In this document: positions 50,339-52,170 of the stretch, piece after piece | How the letters are laid out: every line of letters starts with the position of its first letter | Position numbering within the stretch: position 1 is the first letter of the stretch | Assembly: GCA_017853315.1 (NCBI GenBank) | Contig: JAFMJW010000005.1 | Span: 1-52,170 of the forward strand | Source of the DNA: Alphaproteobacteria bacterium | GTDB lineage: Bacteria; Desulfobacterota; Binatia; UBA12015 | Direction of reading: 5' to 3' | DNA length: 52,170 bases | Program-made: the position numbers and the translations under genes | The notes under the pieces: generated by a model | What the model was told of the DNA's origin: nothing | The model's input: the letters and a program-made list of their open reading frames with translations, nothing else | The model's database searches: none

Positions 50339-51468
50339 GCCCCGAGGCCGGGATGCCGGCCGGGAGCGGGACGGGACCGGGGACGGCCTCGGAGGAGTGG
50401 ACCGAGCAACGCCCGGTCGACCTCGGCGCGATCGAGCGGGAACTCGAGGCGCAGCTCGACGTCCTCGGCCGGGCGGGGCAGGGCGTCGTCCCGACCCGGG
50501 CACGGATGTCGAACCTGGTCGTGTTCGCGAGCGGCGAGGCGGCCGACGGCCGCCTGCACGAGAGTCTCGCCGAGATCTCGGAGCGGCATCCGTCGCGGAT
50601 CCTCCTCCTGGTCCGGGACGACGACCTCGGCGCCGAGCCGAAGGCGTGGGTCTCCGCGCTTTGCCGCGCGGGCGACGGCGGCCGGAAGATCTGCTCCGAG
50701 CAGGTCTCGATCCGGGCCGGCGGCGAGGGAGTGCGGCTCCTGCCCTCGATCGTGCGACCGCTGCTCGTCGGGGACCTGCCGACCGCGCTCTGGTGGGCCG
50801 TTCCGACGCCGCCGCCGCTCGCGGGAGAGGTCTTCGCCGAGCTCGCCGCGATGGCGCGACGCATCCTGTGGGACAGCCGGGACTGGGCCGACGAGGCGGT
50901 CGGCCTGCGATCGGTGGGGCGATGGGCGGAAGCCGTCGACCCGCGCATCGGGCTGGCCGACCTCGCCTGGGTGCGGCTCGCGCCGTGGCGACTCGCGGTC
51001 GCTCGCGCACTCGGTGCGGAAGCGGCCGCGACGACGTCGGTGCGCGTCGTCCACGGTCCGCACGCGTTGCCGAAGGCGCTGCTGCTCGTGGGATGGCTCG
51101 CGGCGCGGCTCGGGTGGAGACGTCGCGACGGCGGCGCGATCACCCCATCGTCGGCCCGTTGGACCCTGGACGGGCCCTCGGGAAGAGACGTCCGGGTCGA
51201 GGTGCTCCGGGCCACGGACGGCCCGCCGCTTCTCCTCGAGGCCGGCTTCGAGGTCGCAGGGAGCGTTTCTCGAGTGGTCTCCGTGCGAAGCGAGCCCGAT
51301 GGTCGCCTCCGCATCGATCCGCCGCTTCCCGGTGCGGAGGTGCTCCCGTCGCCGAGTGGGGGACCCGGCGACCTGGTGGCCCGCGAGCTTCCCGACCTCG
51401 ACGGCGACCCGCAGTTCCGGGCCGCGCTCGCCGTGGCGCGCTCGCTCTCGGAGGACGTCGTCGGCTGA
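50335..51468 (+). CDS. opcA: G6PDH assembly protein OpcA
   Basis: GTGA-coupled to zwf; RARMSNLVV, HPSRILL, SALC...ICSEQV, PLLVGDLPTALWW, DLAWVRLAPWR. Confidence 0.88.
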   Translation: MSPEAGMPAGSGTGPGTASEEWTEQRPVDLGAIERELEAQLDVLGRAGQGVVPTRARMSNLVVFASGEAADGRLHESLAEISERHPSRILLLVRDDDLGAEPKAWVSALCRAGDGGRKICSEQVSIRAGGEGVRLLPSIVRPLLVGDLPTALWWAVPTPPPLAGEVFAELAAMARRILWDSRDWADEAVGLRSVGRWAEAVDPRIGLADLAWVRLAPWRLAVARALGAEAAATTSVRVVHGPHALPKALLLVGWLAARLGWRRRDGGAITPSSARWTLDGPSGRDVRVEVLRATDGPPLLLEAGFEVAGSVSRVVSVRSEPDGRLRIDPPLPGAEVLPSPSGGPGDLVARELPDLDGDPQFRAALAVARSLSEDVVG

Positions 51469-51489
51469 CTCGCCGGCGATCGTCACGAC

Positions 51490-52014
51490 ATGGCGGCGGG
51501 AGGCGAGCGCGGGCGCGACCCGGGTCCGACCGATCCGGACCAGGGGATCTGGCGCGGCCGTCGCGTCGCCCGTCGCCACGTCTCGCCCGACGGGCTCGTC
51601 GTGCTCGTCGGGCGCAGCGCGGAGGACAACGACATCCTGTCGCTGAAGCTCGCGGCTCCGCGCGACTTCTGGCTCCACGTCGCCTCGGGGCCGGGATCGC
51701 ACGTGGTCGTGCGGAACCCCGACGGGCTTCGACGCCTGCCGCGTGACACGGCCCGCTTCGCGGCGGGCCTCGCCGCCGCGCATTCGAGTGCCCGGGACGG
51801 GGGGCGCGTCGCCGTGCACCTGGCGTTCGCCGCCGAGGTGAGCAAGCCCCGGGGCCTGCCGCCGGGGAAAGTCCAGATCGGACGGTGGGAGAGCGTGACG
51901 GCGAGCCCTCTGCACCTGCCCGCCGAGGGCGAGGCCACGGGGGCCGGGACACCTGGGCCTGGTGGGACCAGGGTGCCGTCGAGAGGGACCCGGGACGCCC
52001 GCAGGCGTCCCTGA
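51490..52014 (+). CDS. Stand-alone NFACT RNA-binding (DUF814) domain protein
   Basis: VLVGRSAEDNDILS, DFWLHVASGPGSHVVVR, AAGLAAAHS, VSKPRGLPPGKV match the NFACT-R/RqcH C-terminal pattern. Confidence 0.85.
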   Translation: MAAGGERGRDPGPTDPDQGIWRGRRVARRHVSPDGLVVLVGRSAEDNDILSLKLAAPRDFWLHVASGPGSHVVVRNPDGLRRLPRDTARFAAGLAAAHSSARDGGRVAVHLAFAAEVSKPRGLPPGKVQIGRWESVTASPLHLPAEGEATGAGTPGPGGTRVPSRGTRDARRRP

Positions 52015-52083
52015 CCCAGCCTCGGGCAGGGGCTCGGCCGGTCCCCCTAGGGGGCCGAGTGCGCGACCGCGGCGCGAATTTCC

Positions 52084-52112
52084 TTGACTTTGGAATTCGT
52101 GAGGCCGATAAC
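52084..52112 (+). promoter_or_regulatory. Putative sigma70-type promoter for a gene beyond the window
   Basis: TTGACT-17nt-GATAAC in an AT-rich patch. Confidence 0.55.
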
Positions 52113-52170
52113 CCGAGGCTCGCCCCGATCGGGTTCCACCCTACGGGCGGCGTTTCTCGACAACCATCGA

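Overview
Very GC-rich bacterial chromosome segment. Gene order and content suggest a deltaproteobacterial lineage such as Ca. Binatia or Myxococcota (inference). It has five parts. (1) 1-2.4 kb: split FO/F420 synthase genes cofG and cofH. (2) 2.5-9.2 kb: an unusual sigma54 signalling cluster with a 2-TM protein, a degenerate sigma54-AAA+/HisKA fusion, an NtrC-type regulator, a REC-HisKA protein with a decayed ATPase domain, a Cys/His hypothetical protein and a divergent sensor-less enhancer-binding protein (bEBP). It carries two -24/-12 promoters, one apparently driving a ~100-nt double-hairpin small RNA. (3) 9.3-33 kb: a housekeeping superoperon, lipB-meaB-phosphatase-tRNA(CAT)-tilS-ftsH-cdaA-cdaR-glmM-pdxJ-nnr-tsaE-lysC-cimA-iscS-mnmA-rnc-era-der-isochorismatase-aldolase/SDR. 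(4) 33-44.5 kb: a secreted Cys-rich beta-helix protein, three tRNAs, ppnP, an acyl-CoA dehydrogenase, a coupled DUF167 / STAND-type nucleotide cyclase / GAF-sigma54 activator unit and a flavoprotein disulfide reductase. (5) 44.7-52 kb: a pentose-phosphate operon tal-tkt-rpiA-zwf-opcA ending in a stand-alone NFACT-R gene. No mobile elements or CRISPR arrays were seen. Best novelty candidates are the pseudo-enzyme sigma54 module with its candidate sRNA and the cyclase-GAF bEBP pair. All calls come from manual motif reading without database searches.
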